Positions 24,941-34,115 of a stretch of DNA of 50,989 bases are shown one piece after another. Source of the stretch: a virus (Duplodnaviria; Caudoviricetes); IMG/VR virus record IMGVR_UViG_3300031910_001335, positions 1 through 50,989 of that record; one strand, written 5' to 3'. The notes beneath the pieces are model-generated. The model worked only from the letters and a program-made list of their open reading frames with translations. It was not told the DNA's origin and did not search any database. The position numbers and the translations under genes are program-made. Positions within the stretch are counted from its first letter, which is position 1; each line of letters starts with the position of its first letter.

Positions 24941-26455
24941 ATGGCGAGGACCGGGCTGCCGATGAGGCAGCCGCAGAGCAGGACGATGCGCTTCCTTGTG
25001 GACAGCCGCATCCGCTGGGACGCAAGGGCGTTGCCACGCGTCGTGGTCGAGGACGTGCAGCGTGCGCTGACGTTCCCGAACCGCACGAAGCAGATCGCGA
25101 AGGAGCAGAAGGTGAGAGGGTGGCAGCAGATGCCCGACACCGTGACGCTGTTCGACCCTCGTTCCCTCCCTCGCGGCTTCGCCCTGCAGATGAGGCGGAT
25201 CCTCGAGCGGCACGGCATCCAGATCGACTGGGCGGATAGGCGCGTGCACGTGCCCGTGTGGACGGGCGGGTGGAAGACCGTGCAGCTGCGCGACTACCAG
25301 GAGCAGGCGTGCGACCGCATCGAGGCCGTGCAGCAGGGCATCTGGCAGTCGCCGCCCGCCAGCGGTAAGACGGTCACCGTCCTCGAGGCCATTCGCCGCT
25401 GCGGACAGCGGGCCGTCGTGATCGTGAACACGTCGAACATCGCCCGCCAGTGGGTGGAGCGGAGCGAGCAGTTCCTCGGCTACACGCCGGGCGTTGTGGG
25501 AGACGGTGACTTCGAGGTGAGCGACATCACCATCGCCCTGCAGCAGACGCTGTGGGCGAGGCGAGACGAGCTCGACGACAAGGGCTTCTGGTCGATGTTC
25601 GGCTTCGTCTGCCTCGACGAGTGCCACCACCTGCCAGCTCACACGTTCCGAGACACCGTCCAGCGCTTCCCTGCGGCGTGGCGCATCGGTGTCAGCGGGA
25701 CTCCCGAGATGCAGCAGGGCACGCTGCCCGAGATGCAGGCGATCCTCGGTCACCGCTTCCACGTCACGCCGAAGAAAACGCTAGTCGACGCCGGCGTCCT
25801 CGCCAAGCCCAGGGTCGACGTGATCGTCACGGCCTTCGACTTCGACTACGTGCCCACGCACGAGCACAGGCCGGGCACGAACTGCGAGGTGCACGGATGC
25901 ACGGCCAGCCGCCACACGAGGCGACACAGCAACAACTACTCGGCCATGATGTCCGCCCTCGTCGAGGACCCGACCAGGAACGAGCAGATCGCCATCAAGG
26001 TGGTCGAGTCCCTGAAGCAGGGCCGCACGGTGATCGTCGTCTCGAAGCGGCTGAAGCACCTCGACGCTCTCGCAGCCGCGTGCGGAGCGAAGGGCGCCAA
26101 GCTCGAGCAGCTCTACCGCTTCAGCGGCGGCGAGTCGACCGAGCAGAGGATGCAGATCGCCGAGGTGGCGATGAAGGGAGGCGTGGCCCTGTTCTCCACG
26201 CTGGGCGACGAAGCGCTGGACATCCCGCGGCTCGACACCGTCGTCCTCGCTTACCCGACGCGGAACACCAAGCTCATCGAGCAGAGGGTGGGCCGAGTCG
26301 AGCGGATCCACGCCGACAAGTTCGAGCCGCTGATCATCGACGTCTTCGACCGCGAGATGGGAGTGCTGAGGAGGCAGTTCTTCGAGCGCAAGAGGGACGT
26401 GTACGACAGGGACGGGCTCGACGTCCAGGGGCTGCCAGGGCTCAGGGCAGTGTGA
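24941..26455 (+). CDS. superfamily II (XPB/UvsW-like) helicase
   Basis: LRDYQ, PPASGKT, LDECHH, SGTP, EALDIPRLD, QRVGRVER; RBS GGAGGAG. Confidence 0.92.
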   Translation: MARTGLPMRQPQSRTMRFLVDSRIRWDARALPRVVVEDVQRALTFPNRTKQIAKEQKVRGWQQMPDTVTLFDPRSLPRGFALQMRRILERHGIQIDWADRRVHVPVWTGGWKTVQLRDYQEQACDRIEAVQQGIWQSPPASGKTVTVLEAIRRCGQRAVVIVNTSNIARQWVERSEQFLGYTPGVVGDGDFEVSDITIALQQTLWARRDELDDKGFWSMFGFVCLDECHHLPAHTFRDTVQRFPAAWRIGVSGTPEMQQGTLPEMQAILGHRFHVTPKKTLVDAGVLAKPRVDVIVTAFDFDYVPTHEHRPGTNCEVHGCTASRHTRRHSNNYSAMMSALVEDPTRNEQIAIKVVESLKQGRTVIVVSKRLKHLDALAAACGAKGAKLEQLYRFSGGESTEQRMQIAEVAMKGGVALFSTLGDEALDIPRLDTVVLAYPTRNTKLIEQRVGRVERIHADKFEPLIIDVFDREMGVLRRQFFERKRDVYDRDGLDVQGLPGLRAV

Positions 26456-26476
26456 GTTCACCGACCGCATTCGCAT

Positions 26477-26489
26477 TGATAGAATGACA
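26477..26489 (+). promoter_or_regulatory. promoter motif TGATAGAATGACA
   Basis: variant of the repeated motif, upstream of the MerR-like gene. Confidence 0.65.
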
Positions 26490-26509
26490 AGGAGAAGGGG
26501 GCAAGCACG

Positions 26510-26821
26510 ATGGCACAGGAACTGGTGACGATCAGGGAGGTAGCGGCGGCGATCGACCGCAAGCCGGCTACGCTCCGTGACTGGGAGCGGCGGGGCATCC
26601 TGCCGAAGGCGCTGAGGCCCGTCGCTCGCAACAGCAGGCGGTGGCGGTGCTGGAGGCCCGATCAGGTCGAGGGCATCAAGCAGTGGATGGAGGAGCGCAA
26701 CATCTACCCTGGAAAGGGGCTCTCCCACTACCAGCCCGACACCGTGAAGATGCACCAGCACCTCGAGGCCATGCGCCGGCCCCGGAAGCACTTCAAGGAC
26801 CCGGAGGCCGCTGCGGCGTAG
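26510..26821 (+). CDS. MerR-family HTH DNA-binding protein
   Basis: TIREVAAAIDRKPATLRDWERRGILP..RNSRRWRCW. Confidence 0.85.
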   Translation: MAQELVTIREVAAAIDRKPATLRDWERRGILPKALRPVARNSRRWRCWRPDQVEGIKQWMEERNIYPGKGLSHYQPDTVKMHQHLEAMRRPRKHFKDPEAAAA

Positions 26822-26842
26822 CCTCCCGACCGAGGAGGGGAC

Positions 26843-27121
26843 ATGACAACAGCAACAGGCAACTGGCCCGTCGACGACAAGGGCAAGCCGATGGCACTCG
26901 TCACCATGGGCTGCTCTGAGAAGGTGGGCCTCCCGAAGTACAGCAACGTCGACCTGGGACCGGCCAGCATCACCCGGTTCGTGCCCGACGACGACGAGTC
27001 GATCGCCGCCGCGCTGCGGAGCAACCTCGAGCTGGCCGAGCAGGTGATCTCCGAGGAGCGCGAGGCGATACTCGAGCTGGTCAAGCAGGGTCAGAACGAG
27101 ATCACGCAGTCGGCGTCGTGA
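26843..27121 (+). CDS. hypothetical protein
   Basis: GAGGAGGGG RBS; 92 aa. Confidence 0.65.
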   Translation: MTTATGNWPVDDKGKPMALVTMGCSEKVGLPKYSNVDLGPASITRFVPDDDESIAAALRSNLELAEQVISEEREAILELVKQGQNEITQSAS

Positions 27122-27134
27122 AGCCGACGACACG

Positions 27135-27219
27135 CCGGGGCGGCTGTGGGCCTGGTCAGCCGCTTCGGGCACTGCCCGGACGAACCCCTCCGATGGGTGA
27201 TCCCGAGCAGCCGCCCCGG
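27135..27219 (+). ncRNA. putative structured cis-regulatory RNA upstream of dnaB
   Basis: perfect 12-bp closing stem CCGGGGCGGCTG / CAGCCGCCCCGG enclosing smaller hairpins. Confidence 0.4.
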
Positions 27220-27227
27220 GAGAAGAG

Positions 27228-28484
27228 ATGACGACGCTCGACGCCGAGCGGATGCTGGTGGCGAAGGCCGTCCACGGCGACGCCGTGACCGAGCTCATCG
27301 CCAAGGGCGTTCAGCCACAGCACTTCGCCGATCCCGAGTGCCGCCAAGTGTGGGAGTTCCTCCGCGACCACCTGGTGAAGCACAAGCAGCCCGCTACGTT
27401 GAGGGTGGTGAGGGCCCAGTTCCCGCAGGTCCGCATCGACCCGGCCACTGAGCCGCTGTCGTTCGTCCTCGAGAAGTTCATCGTCGCCGCGAAGCGGAGG
27501 CTGGCCATCGAGGCGCTCCGAGAGCTGGCGGACGCGGCCAACGACGAGAGGGAGGTGCAGCGCATCGACGAGCTGTTCCTCTACAGGGCGCAGGAGCTGG
27601 CGCAGGCGGTCCCGTCTCCCAGCGTCGGCCGCTTCTCGCAGATGAAGCAGCGGATCGCGGACTACCACGACAAGCTGAAGCGCGGCTCGAAGACGGGCAT
27701 CCCGCTGGGCATCCCGGACTTCGACAAGATCACGCAGGGCGTGCAGCCCCACGAGCTGCTGTCGATCGCAGGGTGGCAGGGTACCGGCAAGTCGACGCTG
27801 ATGCAGTACCTGGTGTGGCAGGCCTACGTCACGGGCGTGGACGCTCCGCTCGTGTTCAGCCTCGAGATGGAGAAGGAGGCGCTGTTCCGCAAGTTCGACA
27901 CGCTCGCGACCCACTTCTCGTACATGGCGCTGAAGTCCGGGACGCTCGACAAGCGGTCCGTCGAGGAGTGGAAGAGGCAGGCTGACCGCGCTGAGAAGGC
28001 GAGCTCCGACATCGTGGTCATCGACGACGTCGGCCGCTGTTCGGCAGAGACGGTGTACGCCGAGACGGTCCGCCACAAGCCCGGCCTCGTGGCCATCGAC
28101 TACGTCTCGTTGATGGACTCGCGCGACGGGCAGTCGATCTGGGAACGAGTCACCTCGATCACGAAGGCGCTGAAGCAGCAGAGCCGGTCGCTGAAGGTGC
28201 CGATCATCGCTGTGGCGCAGACGAACATCGGCGGCGCGACCGAGGGCGCAGAGCTGCACAACATCGCGTACTCTCGGTCGATCGGGCAGGACTCGGACAT
28301 CGTGCTCGGCCTCCACGCCGACTCGTCGATGAGGGAACTGCGGAAGATGGAGCTGCGGATGCTGAAGAACCGCGACGGGCCGATCGCCACCGTGTCGATG
28401 CGCTGGGACGTGGACGCAATGCGCTTCGAACCGTGGACCGACTCGATGATGTTCGGCGGAGCGAAGAGGCCAGATGCGAAGTGA
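27228..28484 (+). CDS. dnaB: DnaB-like replicative helicase
   Basis: AGWQGTGKS, FSLEM, IDYVSLM, VAQTN, SIGQDSDIVL, KNRDG. Confidence 0.93.
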   Translation: MTTLDAERMLVAKAVHGDAVTELIAKGVQPQHFADPECRQVWEFLRDHLVKHKQPATLRVVRAQFPQVRIDPATEPLSFVLEKFIVAAKRRLAIEALRELADAANDEREVQRIDELFLYRAQELAQAVPSPSVGRFSQMKQRIADYHDKLKRGSKTGIPLGIPDFDKITQGVQPHELLSIAGWQGTGKSTLMQYLVWQAYVTGVDAPLVFSLEMEKEALFRKFDTLATHFSYMALKSGTLDKRSVEEWKRQADRAEKASSDIVVIDDVGRCSAETVYAETVRHKPGLVAIDYVSLMDSRDGQSIWERVTSITKALKQQSRSLKVPIIAVAQTNIGGATEGAELHNIAYSRSIGQDSDIVLGLHADSSMRELRKMELRMLKNRDGPIATVSMRWDVDAMRFEPWTDSMMFGGAKRPDAK

Positions 28485-28723
28485 CGGCCACCGTCTCGTT
28501 CGGGACGCCCTTCACGTTCTCGGCGTCGACCTCGGAGTTCCCGTACTCGAGATCGCGGCCGTACGAGGAGCCGGAGACGGCGACGCGCACTCGGCCCGAG
28601 TACATGGTGAAGCCCGTGAGGCCGGTGCAGGTCGACGAGCGTGGGCTCTGCGTCAAGTGCCGCGAGTTCCCGGACGACTGCATCTGCGTGAAGCGAGTGG
28701 AGATCACAACAGAGGAGGTGTGA
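28481..28723 (+). CDS. small Cys-rich hypothetical protein
   Basis: GTGA overlap; CVKC..CIC. Confidence 0.55.
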   Translation: MTATVSFGTPFTFSASTSEFPYSRSRPYEEPETATRTRPEYMVKPVRPVQVDERGLCVKCREFPDDCICVKRVEITTEEV

Positions 28724-28724
28724 A

Positions 28725-29393
28725 GTGAGCGGGCTAGGTGGATGGTGGCACTACTGGCGGAAGGGCGACGACGGGCGTTCCGACCCGATAGGCAGGTTCG
28801 CATGCGGCATCCTCGCCTGGAAGGGCGAGCTGATCTACAACGGCTACGGGAAGGACATCGTCCCGGACCTGCCGTTCTTCGGCGGCGCCATCGATGCCAG
28901 GCTGAGGGAGTTCCAGCGTGCGATAGGGCTCGACCCCGACGGCGTGCTCGGCCCGCTGACGGGCTCGGCGCTGTCGAAGAAGCGCAAGCTCGACGTCGGC
29001 CAGCAGAAGAACGTGCCGGACTTCAGGCTCTGCAAGCTGATCTCGCTGGAGTCGGACAACGACCCGGTGGCACAGGGCGTGTCCGACGCCGCAGACGAGG
29101 GCTACGCTCAGATCCACATGCCGTTCCACACTGACGTCACGTTCCAGCAGGCGTGGAGCCCGACGTTCGCGGTGCCCTGGGCTGCGGACTACCTCAACGC
29201 GTCGTTCTCCCACCTGATGGACTGGGATGCTGCGGTCGTCTCGTACAACCAGGGCAGCGGCGGAGCAGCGGCGTGGCTCAAGGCAGGGAAACCGAAGTAC
29301 GGCTCGCCGTACACGGACTCGACCGGCCACCAGCGCGACCACTACACGGACTGCTACAAGTACCTCACCTACGTGATGAGCTCGACTTGCTAG
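28725..29393 (+). CDS. peptidoglycan-binding domain + lytic transglycosylase (SLT/lysozyme-like)
   Basis: LREFQRAIGLDPDGVLGPLT (PG_binding_1); LESDNDP, GYAQI, AADYL, AVVSYNQG (SLT motifs). Confidence 0.8.
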   Translation: MSGLGGWWHYWRKGDDGRSDPIGRFACGILAWKGELIYNGYGKDIVPDLPFFGGAIDARLREFQRAIGLDPDGVLGPLTGSALSKKRKLDVGQQKNVPDFRLCKLISLESDNDPVAQGVSDAADEGYAQIHMPFHTDVTFQQAWSPTFAVPWAADYLNASFSHLMDWDAAVVSYNQGSGGAAAWLKAGKPKYGSPYTDSTGHQRDHYTDCYKYLTYVMSSTC

Positions 29394-30415
29394 ACCTCGC
29401 CCGCGTAGACGTCGTCGACATGCTCGAACAGCTCGGCGTCGAGGTCGTCCGCCACGAATCGGACGAGGTCGTCTACCGTTGTCCATTCCCCGGACACATG
29501 TACGGAGACGCCCACCCGTCGACGTCGATGCAGCAGGGCACGACGATGTTCCACTGCTGGGGCTGCAACCGCAGCGGCAACGCTATCACGTTCGTCTCGA
29601 TGTTGGAGGGCGTGTCGCCGATGCGCGCAGCTCGGTGGCTACGGGAGCAGTACGGCTCGGACTTCAGAGAGCCCCAGGGGTCCATCTGGGACGAGATAAG
29701 GGGAATCCTTAGCTCGAAGGACGCGGTGTCTCAGGAGGACCCCTGTGAGCTCCCGAGAGAGTTCGTGGACCAGAGGCTGATCGACTGGGACAAGGCCTCG
29801 AAGCTGGTCCCGCAGGATCACCCGTTCAGGGTCCCGCTCGACAAGCTCGAGCCGGCCACGCTCGACTCGTGGGAGGTGGGGTGGGACTCCGCCACTTGCC
29901 GAGTCAGCATCCCGGTCCATGATCTGGTCGGTCGGCTCGTAGGGTTCAAGGGTCGCGCGGTCCTCCCGGACCAGCACCCGAAGTACCTCGTCCTCGGCAA
30001 CACGCGGACGCGCGGCGGCTACGGCTTCGAGCCGTACCCAGTGTCGACCGTCGTGTTCGGCCTCAATCGCCTCGTCGGCGACCGCGCGGTCGTCTGCGAG
30101 GGCGAGTTCGACGCCATGGCCGTGGGCGAGGCAGGGATCGACGGCGGAGTCGCGGTAGGCGGCTCGAGCTTCTCCACCCGGCAGCTCAGCCTGATCAGGG
30201 ACACTGCCCGCTCCGCCGTCGTGCTCTTCGATCCGGACGACGCTGGCAGCATCGGCGCGCTGAAAGTGGCGGCTCAGCTCGAGCCGTTCATGCCGGTCGC
30301 GGTGGTCGAGGGGCACAGCGGTGACCCTTGCGAGATGCCACCGCAAGAGCTGGCTGCTGCTGTGGATTCGGCGATCTCACCGCTTCGCCGGCGACTTGTT
30401 AGTATGACACCGTAA
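29387..30415 (+). CDS. dnaG: DnaG-like primase (CHC2 zinc finger + TOPRIM)
   Basis: CPFPGH..FHCWGC; GFKGR; PKYL; VCEGEFDA; FDPDDAG; start 29387 or 29420. Confidence 0.9.
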   Translation: MLDLARVDVVDMLEQLGVEVVRHESDEVVYRCPFPGHMYGDAHPSTSMQQGTTMFHCWGCNRSGNAITFVSMLEGVSPMRAARWLREQYGSDFREPQGSIWDEIRGILSSKDAVSQEDPCELPREFVDQRLIDWDKASKLVPQDHPFRVPLDKLEPATLDSWEVGWDSATCRVSIPVHDLVGRLVGFKGRAVLPDQHPKYLVLGNTRTRGGYGFEPYPVSTVVFGLNRLVGDRAVVCEGEFDAMAVGEAGIDGGVAVGGSSFSTRQLSLIRDTARSAVVLFDPDDAGSIGALKVAAQLEPFMPVAVVEGHSGDPCEMPPQELAAAVDSAISPLRRRLVSMTP

Positions 30416-30434
30416 CCGACCCGAAGGAGGGGCG

Positions 30435-31169
30435 ATGCCCAAAGGGTTCGCAAAGTTCCGCGAAGCCGCAGCCGACATCGAGGCCAGGCGGCAGGGCGGC
30501 GGAGGACCGTGGACGCAGTGGTTCAGGATGAAGGACGGCGAGTCAGCGACCGTCCGCTTCCTCGAGCAGGGCGACGACGTGACGTGGGCGTGGTTCCACC
30601 AGCTGGCGCCCAAGGAGGGGCAGAACTTCGGAGACGACGAGCCGTGCCGTAACCAGGACGGGAGCGACCGCGACTCGTGTCCGGGCTGCCAGCAGGGCCT
30701 GCGGCGCAAGGTCGTGGGCTTCATCAACATCATCTGGCGAGACGGCCCGGTGTGGAAGACGAACGAAGAGGGCCGCCTCGTCAAGGAGGGCAACCAGCTC
30801 GTGCTCGACCACCGGGAGGACATCCTCGCCACGTGGAGGGGCGGCTTCCAGGTGTTCACCGAGCTCGACGGCATCGACGCCGCGTTCAAGGGGCTGATGA
30901 GCCGCGACTTCGTGGTCACGAGGAAGGGCGAGCAGCTGAACACGACGTGGCAGATCTTCCCGTCGGACCCGGACGGTGGCCCGAAGGCGATGAGCAAGGC
31001 CGACAAGGAGCTGGCTGCGGGAAAGGAGGACCTCGTGCCGCGGATCACGCCGGCCGAGTACGAGGACTGGGGCAAGGGCACTCCGGCCCAGCGGCCACCC
31101 GACGGCAACGGACAGGTCGACGAGGCGGACGAGATCAACCCGTTCAGGAAGAAGCGTGACGATGCTTAG
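30435..31169 (+). CDS. single-stranded DNA-binding protein (gp32-like)
   Basis: MKDGESATVRFL, H..C..CPGC zinc site, DFVVTRKG..TTW, acidic tail with Phe; preceded by TGTTAGTATGACA (30397-30409) and AAGGAGG. Confidence 0.75.
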   Translation: MPKGFAKFREAAADIEARRQGGGGPWTQWFRMKDGESATVRFLEQGDDVTWAWFHQLAPKEGQNFGDDEPCRNQDGSDRDSCPGCQQGLRRKVVGFINIIWRDGPVWKTNEEGRLVKEGNQLVLDHREDILATWRGGFQVFTELDGIDAAFKGLMSRDFVVTRKGEQLNTTWQIFPSDPDGGPKAMSKADKELAAGKEDLVPRITPAEYEDWGKGTPAQRPPDGNGQVDEADEINPFRKKRDDA

Positions 31170-31614
31170 GATCCTGCCGCTGGACGAGGAGCTCTACGCA
31201 GACGAGATCGAGGAGGGCTTCCTCCCCGCCCGGGAGGGAGACGCTGGTGTGGACCTCAGGGCGAGGAACGACCAGCGCCTCCACGTGGGGAAGACGGTGG
31301 CGGTGCCATTGGGCGTCGCCATCGCCATCCCCCGCGACACGGTGGGCTGGATCACCGGTCGCTCGTCGACGCAGCTCGACAGGGGCCTGTTCATCCACGA
31401 GGGCAAGGTCGACTCCGGCTACCGCGGCGAGATCCACTGCGTGTGCACCGCCGCCGAGGAGCTGGTCGAGCTGCAGCGCGGAGACAGGCTCTGCTCCCTC
31501 CTCGTGCTGAGCATCGTGCCGCCCGATCCGATGGCCGCCGGCTGGTCGGTGGTGACGGAGCTCGAGGACACGCCCCGGGGCGAGGGCCGCTTCGGCTCCA
31601 CGGGACAGCGCTGA
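31156..31614 (+). CDS. dut: trimeric dUTPase
   Basis: DAGVDL, GRSS, GKVDSGYRGEI, RGEGRFGSTG. Confidence 0.92.
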   Translation: MTMLRILPLDEELYADEIEEGFLPAREGDAGVDLRARNDQRLHVGKTVAVPLGVAIAIPRDTVGWITGRSSTQLDRGLFIHEGKVDSGYRGEIHCVCTAAEELVELQRGDRLCSLLVLSIVPPDPMAAGWSVVTELEDTPRGEGRFGSTGQR

Positions 31615-32051
31615 TGCCGCACGCGCAGCTGTTGCAGGAGCGGTTCCGCTCCGACCCATGGAAGCTGCTGGTCGCTTGCGTGCTGCTAAACCAGACCGCA
31701 CGACGTCAGGTCGATCGAGTGATCGACGAGCTGTTCAGGCTGTGGCCGTCCGCGCATGCGATGGCCGCGGCGGACGAGGTCGAGCTCAGCGAACTGCTGA
31801 GGCCGTTGGGCCTCTACAAGCGCCGAGCGTCGATCCTGATCAGGCTCTCGAGGCGGTGGGTGGACTGGCGGCTGGACCACGACGTCCCGGACGGGTCCGA
31901 CGTGATGGAGCTGCCGGGCGTGGGCAAGTACGCGAGCGACAGCTACCGCCTCTTCGTCCTCCGCGACGACAGCATCGAGCCGGAGGACAAGGAGCTCAGA
32001 GCGTACATGGAGAGGAGGATGAGTGCCACCTATCGGGACAGCCTCATGTGA
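31614..32051 (+). CDS. MBD4-like HhH-GPD DNA glycosylase
   Basis: LLQE..DPWKLLVACVLLNQT, PLGLYKRRA, LPGVGKYASDSYRLF, PEDKEL..Y match the MBD4 catalytic domain. Confidence 0.85.
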   Translation: MPHAQLLQERFRSDPWKLLVACVLLNQTARRQVDRVIDELFRLWPSAHAMAAADEVELSELLRPLGLYKRRASILIRLSRRWVDWRLDHDVPDGSDVMELPGVGKYASDSYRLFVLRDDSIEPEDKELRAYMERRMSATYRDSLM

Positions 32052-32208
32052 CGGCGGTGACCTGATCCACGTCGACGGAGACCCGACCGAGCTGCGGCTC
32101 GAGATCGTGAAGCTCGGCGGCGTGGCTCCGGTGCCGGTGACGATGCGGAGGGACAGCGCGCTGGCGTTCCTGCAGATGCTTCAGATGTGGCTGGGGCAGT
32201 CGAGGTGA
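32023..32208 (+). CDS. small hypothetical protein
   Basis: fills the gap with overlapping start/stop; GAGGA upstream. Confidence 0.5.
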   Translation: MPPIGTASCDGGDLIHVDGDPTELRLEIVKLGGVAPVPVTMRRDSALAFLQMLQMWLGQSR

Positions 32209-32471
32209 AGCCCGTCGTGCTGACGGTGATAGCAGCGGCGGTGCTCGCGTTCGTGTTCGTGCGGATGACCGCTAGCGCGGCGACGCCGAGCACGATCCCG
32301 GCTCGAGTGGCGAAGCTCGAGCGCCAGGTCAAGCAGCTGCGAGGGAACGTCTCGAGCCTCACCGCACAGGTGATCCAGCTGCAGCGCAACGACCAGACAG
32401 CAGCCGAGGCCGAGAGCAACCTCGAGGCGAGGGTGTCCGCGCTGGAGCAGTCGAAGAGCTCGACGCCGTGA
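32205..32471 (+). CDS. membrane-anchored coiled-coil protein
   Basis: GTGA overlap; signal/TM helix followed by heptad repeats. Confidence 0.6.
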   Translation: MKPVVLTVIAAAVLAFVFVRMTASAATPSTIPARVAKLERQVKQLRGNVSSLTAQVIQLQRNDQTAAEAESNLEARVSALEQSKSSTP

Positions 32472-32893
32472 AGCGGACGGCTGAACACAATGCGAAGATC
32501 GCTGCTGCTAAAAGGGGATACGTCACGCCCCAAGCTACCAAGGATAAGCTGTCTGTGGCCGCTATGCGCCAACACGAAGAGGGACGAGTCCGCTATGTGA
32601 AACCGAACGAAGCGTCGCGTTGCGAACAGTTTCTCATCGATCGGCTTGATGCGCTTGGCGTTTCGTACGTGTGGCACGCACGAGTAGGAAGCTACACTGT
32701 CGACTTCCTCATCGACGATTTGGTCGTTGAGTTTCACGGGTGCTGGTGGCACCGATGCAAGCGTTGCGGGTTCAGGGACAACGGGGTTCGAGCAAGTGAC
32801 ATGCGAAGGCGAAAGTTCCTCGAATCGAAGGGCTATGCGGTGGACATCATCTGGGAGCACGAGCTGAAGGAGGTGATGCCCCGTGTCCGGTAG
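32468..32893 (+). CDS. NUMOD3-like + Vsr/DUF559 PD-(D/E)xK endonuclease (free-standing homing endonuclease)
   Basis: RTAEHNAKIAAAKRG..TKDKLS; YTVDFLIDDLVVEFHGCWWH..D..R..LESKGY..IWEHE; visibly more AT-rich codons than flanks. Confidence 0.8.
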   Translation: MKRTAEHNAKIAAAKRGYVTPQATKDKLSVAAMRQHEEGRVRYVKPNEASRCEQFLIDRLDALGVSYVWHARVGSYTVDFLIDDLVVEFHGCWWHRCKRCGFRDNGVRASDMRRRKFLESKGYAVDIIWEHELKEVMPRVR

Positions 32894-34115
32894 AAGTCTC
32901 AAGCTGCTCTACTGGCCGTGACCGCAGCTGTCCATGCGGTCGTACGTCGACAACCGCTGGCTGTTCCAGAAGGACGCGCAAGTCACGAAGATGCGCGCGT
33001 ACGTGGAGGCCCTGCCGGACGAGTGGGAGTGGACGTGGCTCGTGCCCGGCAACGAGGGCCTCGACATCGACTTCGCGGAGGGCCTGCCCAAGCGCGGCAT
33101 CAGCCTCTACCCGTTGCCGTGGATGGACAACGTCCTCCAGGGCCGCTACTTCTTCCCGATGCGGGAAGTGTTCCGTTTCCTCGAGAATGGCGAGCGCTTC
33201 GACGTGATGCTGCTCGAGGTGCCCGAGCTGGCGAGGCCGATGAGGGTGGCCCAGCAGTGGACTGAGGTCCGCTTCCCGATCATCAGCATGGTGGAGCACG
33301 TCGACCTCTACGACCAGACGAGGGTGCCGGAGCTCGTGCGCTACATGCTGCGGCAGATCGACGGCTCGCTGGCGTCGGACGCTCTCGCCTTCCCGCTTGA
33401 GGGGATGAAGCAGGAGTGGCTCAAGGCTGCGGCCGCGACGGTGGCCGTCGACCCGTCTCCTCCCTGCGGGATGCCGGTGTGGAACGCGATCTACGACCCG
33501 CGCGACTCGAAGGTGTTCGGCACCGACTCGAAGCGGTACAGCAGGAAGCGGAAGCTGCCGGTGATCAACTTCATCTCACGGCTGAGCGACAACCAGCGCA
33601 CCCACTACGAGGAGTTCTTCCAGGCCTGCCGGCTGCTGTGGGGCGAGGGCGAGCGCTTCGAGGTGTGGGTGCAGAACCCGAACGAAGCGCAGGAGGAGAG
33701 CTGGATCAGGGCGCAGGGCCCGTTCGTGACCGAGGTGGGCAACGACGGGAGGGAGGACTACCTTCGATCGCTGTGGATGTCGGACATCGTGCCGATCCTC
33801 TACCCGCAGAGCCACATCTACTCGCTCGGGTACTGCGAGGCGATCACTGCGGGCAATCACGTCATCACGCACGCGTTCGAGGAGCACCTGGTGGCGTCGA
33901 CGATCTCGCTGTGGCAGGTCGACCCGGAGACGATCAAGGAGGCGCTCCAAGGGATGATGCAGGCCCTGAGGAGCGAGCGATACCCGAGCGTGTCCGTGCT
34001 GCAAGACCAGGCGAAGTGGCTGATAGAGAACCGCTCGGTCCAGGCTAACATCGGACGGGTGAGAGACACGATCGAGGAGGTGGCCAGTGCTAGAAGCAGA
34101 GAGGACGCTGCCTAG
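32883..34115 (+). CDS. putative GT-B DNA glycosyltransferase with an in-frame TGA at codon 13
   Basis: AAGGAGGTGA RBS, GTG 32883, SLKLLYWP*PQLSMRSY; C-terminal INFISRLSD..HYEEF, REDYLRSL..DIVPILY..SLGYCEAI resembles the GT-B nucleotide-sugar domain. Confidence 0.6.

Noticed and set aside
27135-27219. tRNA gene
   Set aside because: No TTCGA T-loop, D-loop or 7-nt anticodon loop geometry
32919-32921. TGA as selenocysteine or genome-wide stop reassignment
   Set aside because: TGA terminates most genes here (many ATGA/GTGA overlaps); no redox motif context and no clear SECIS seen
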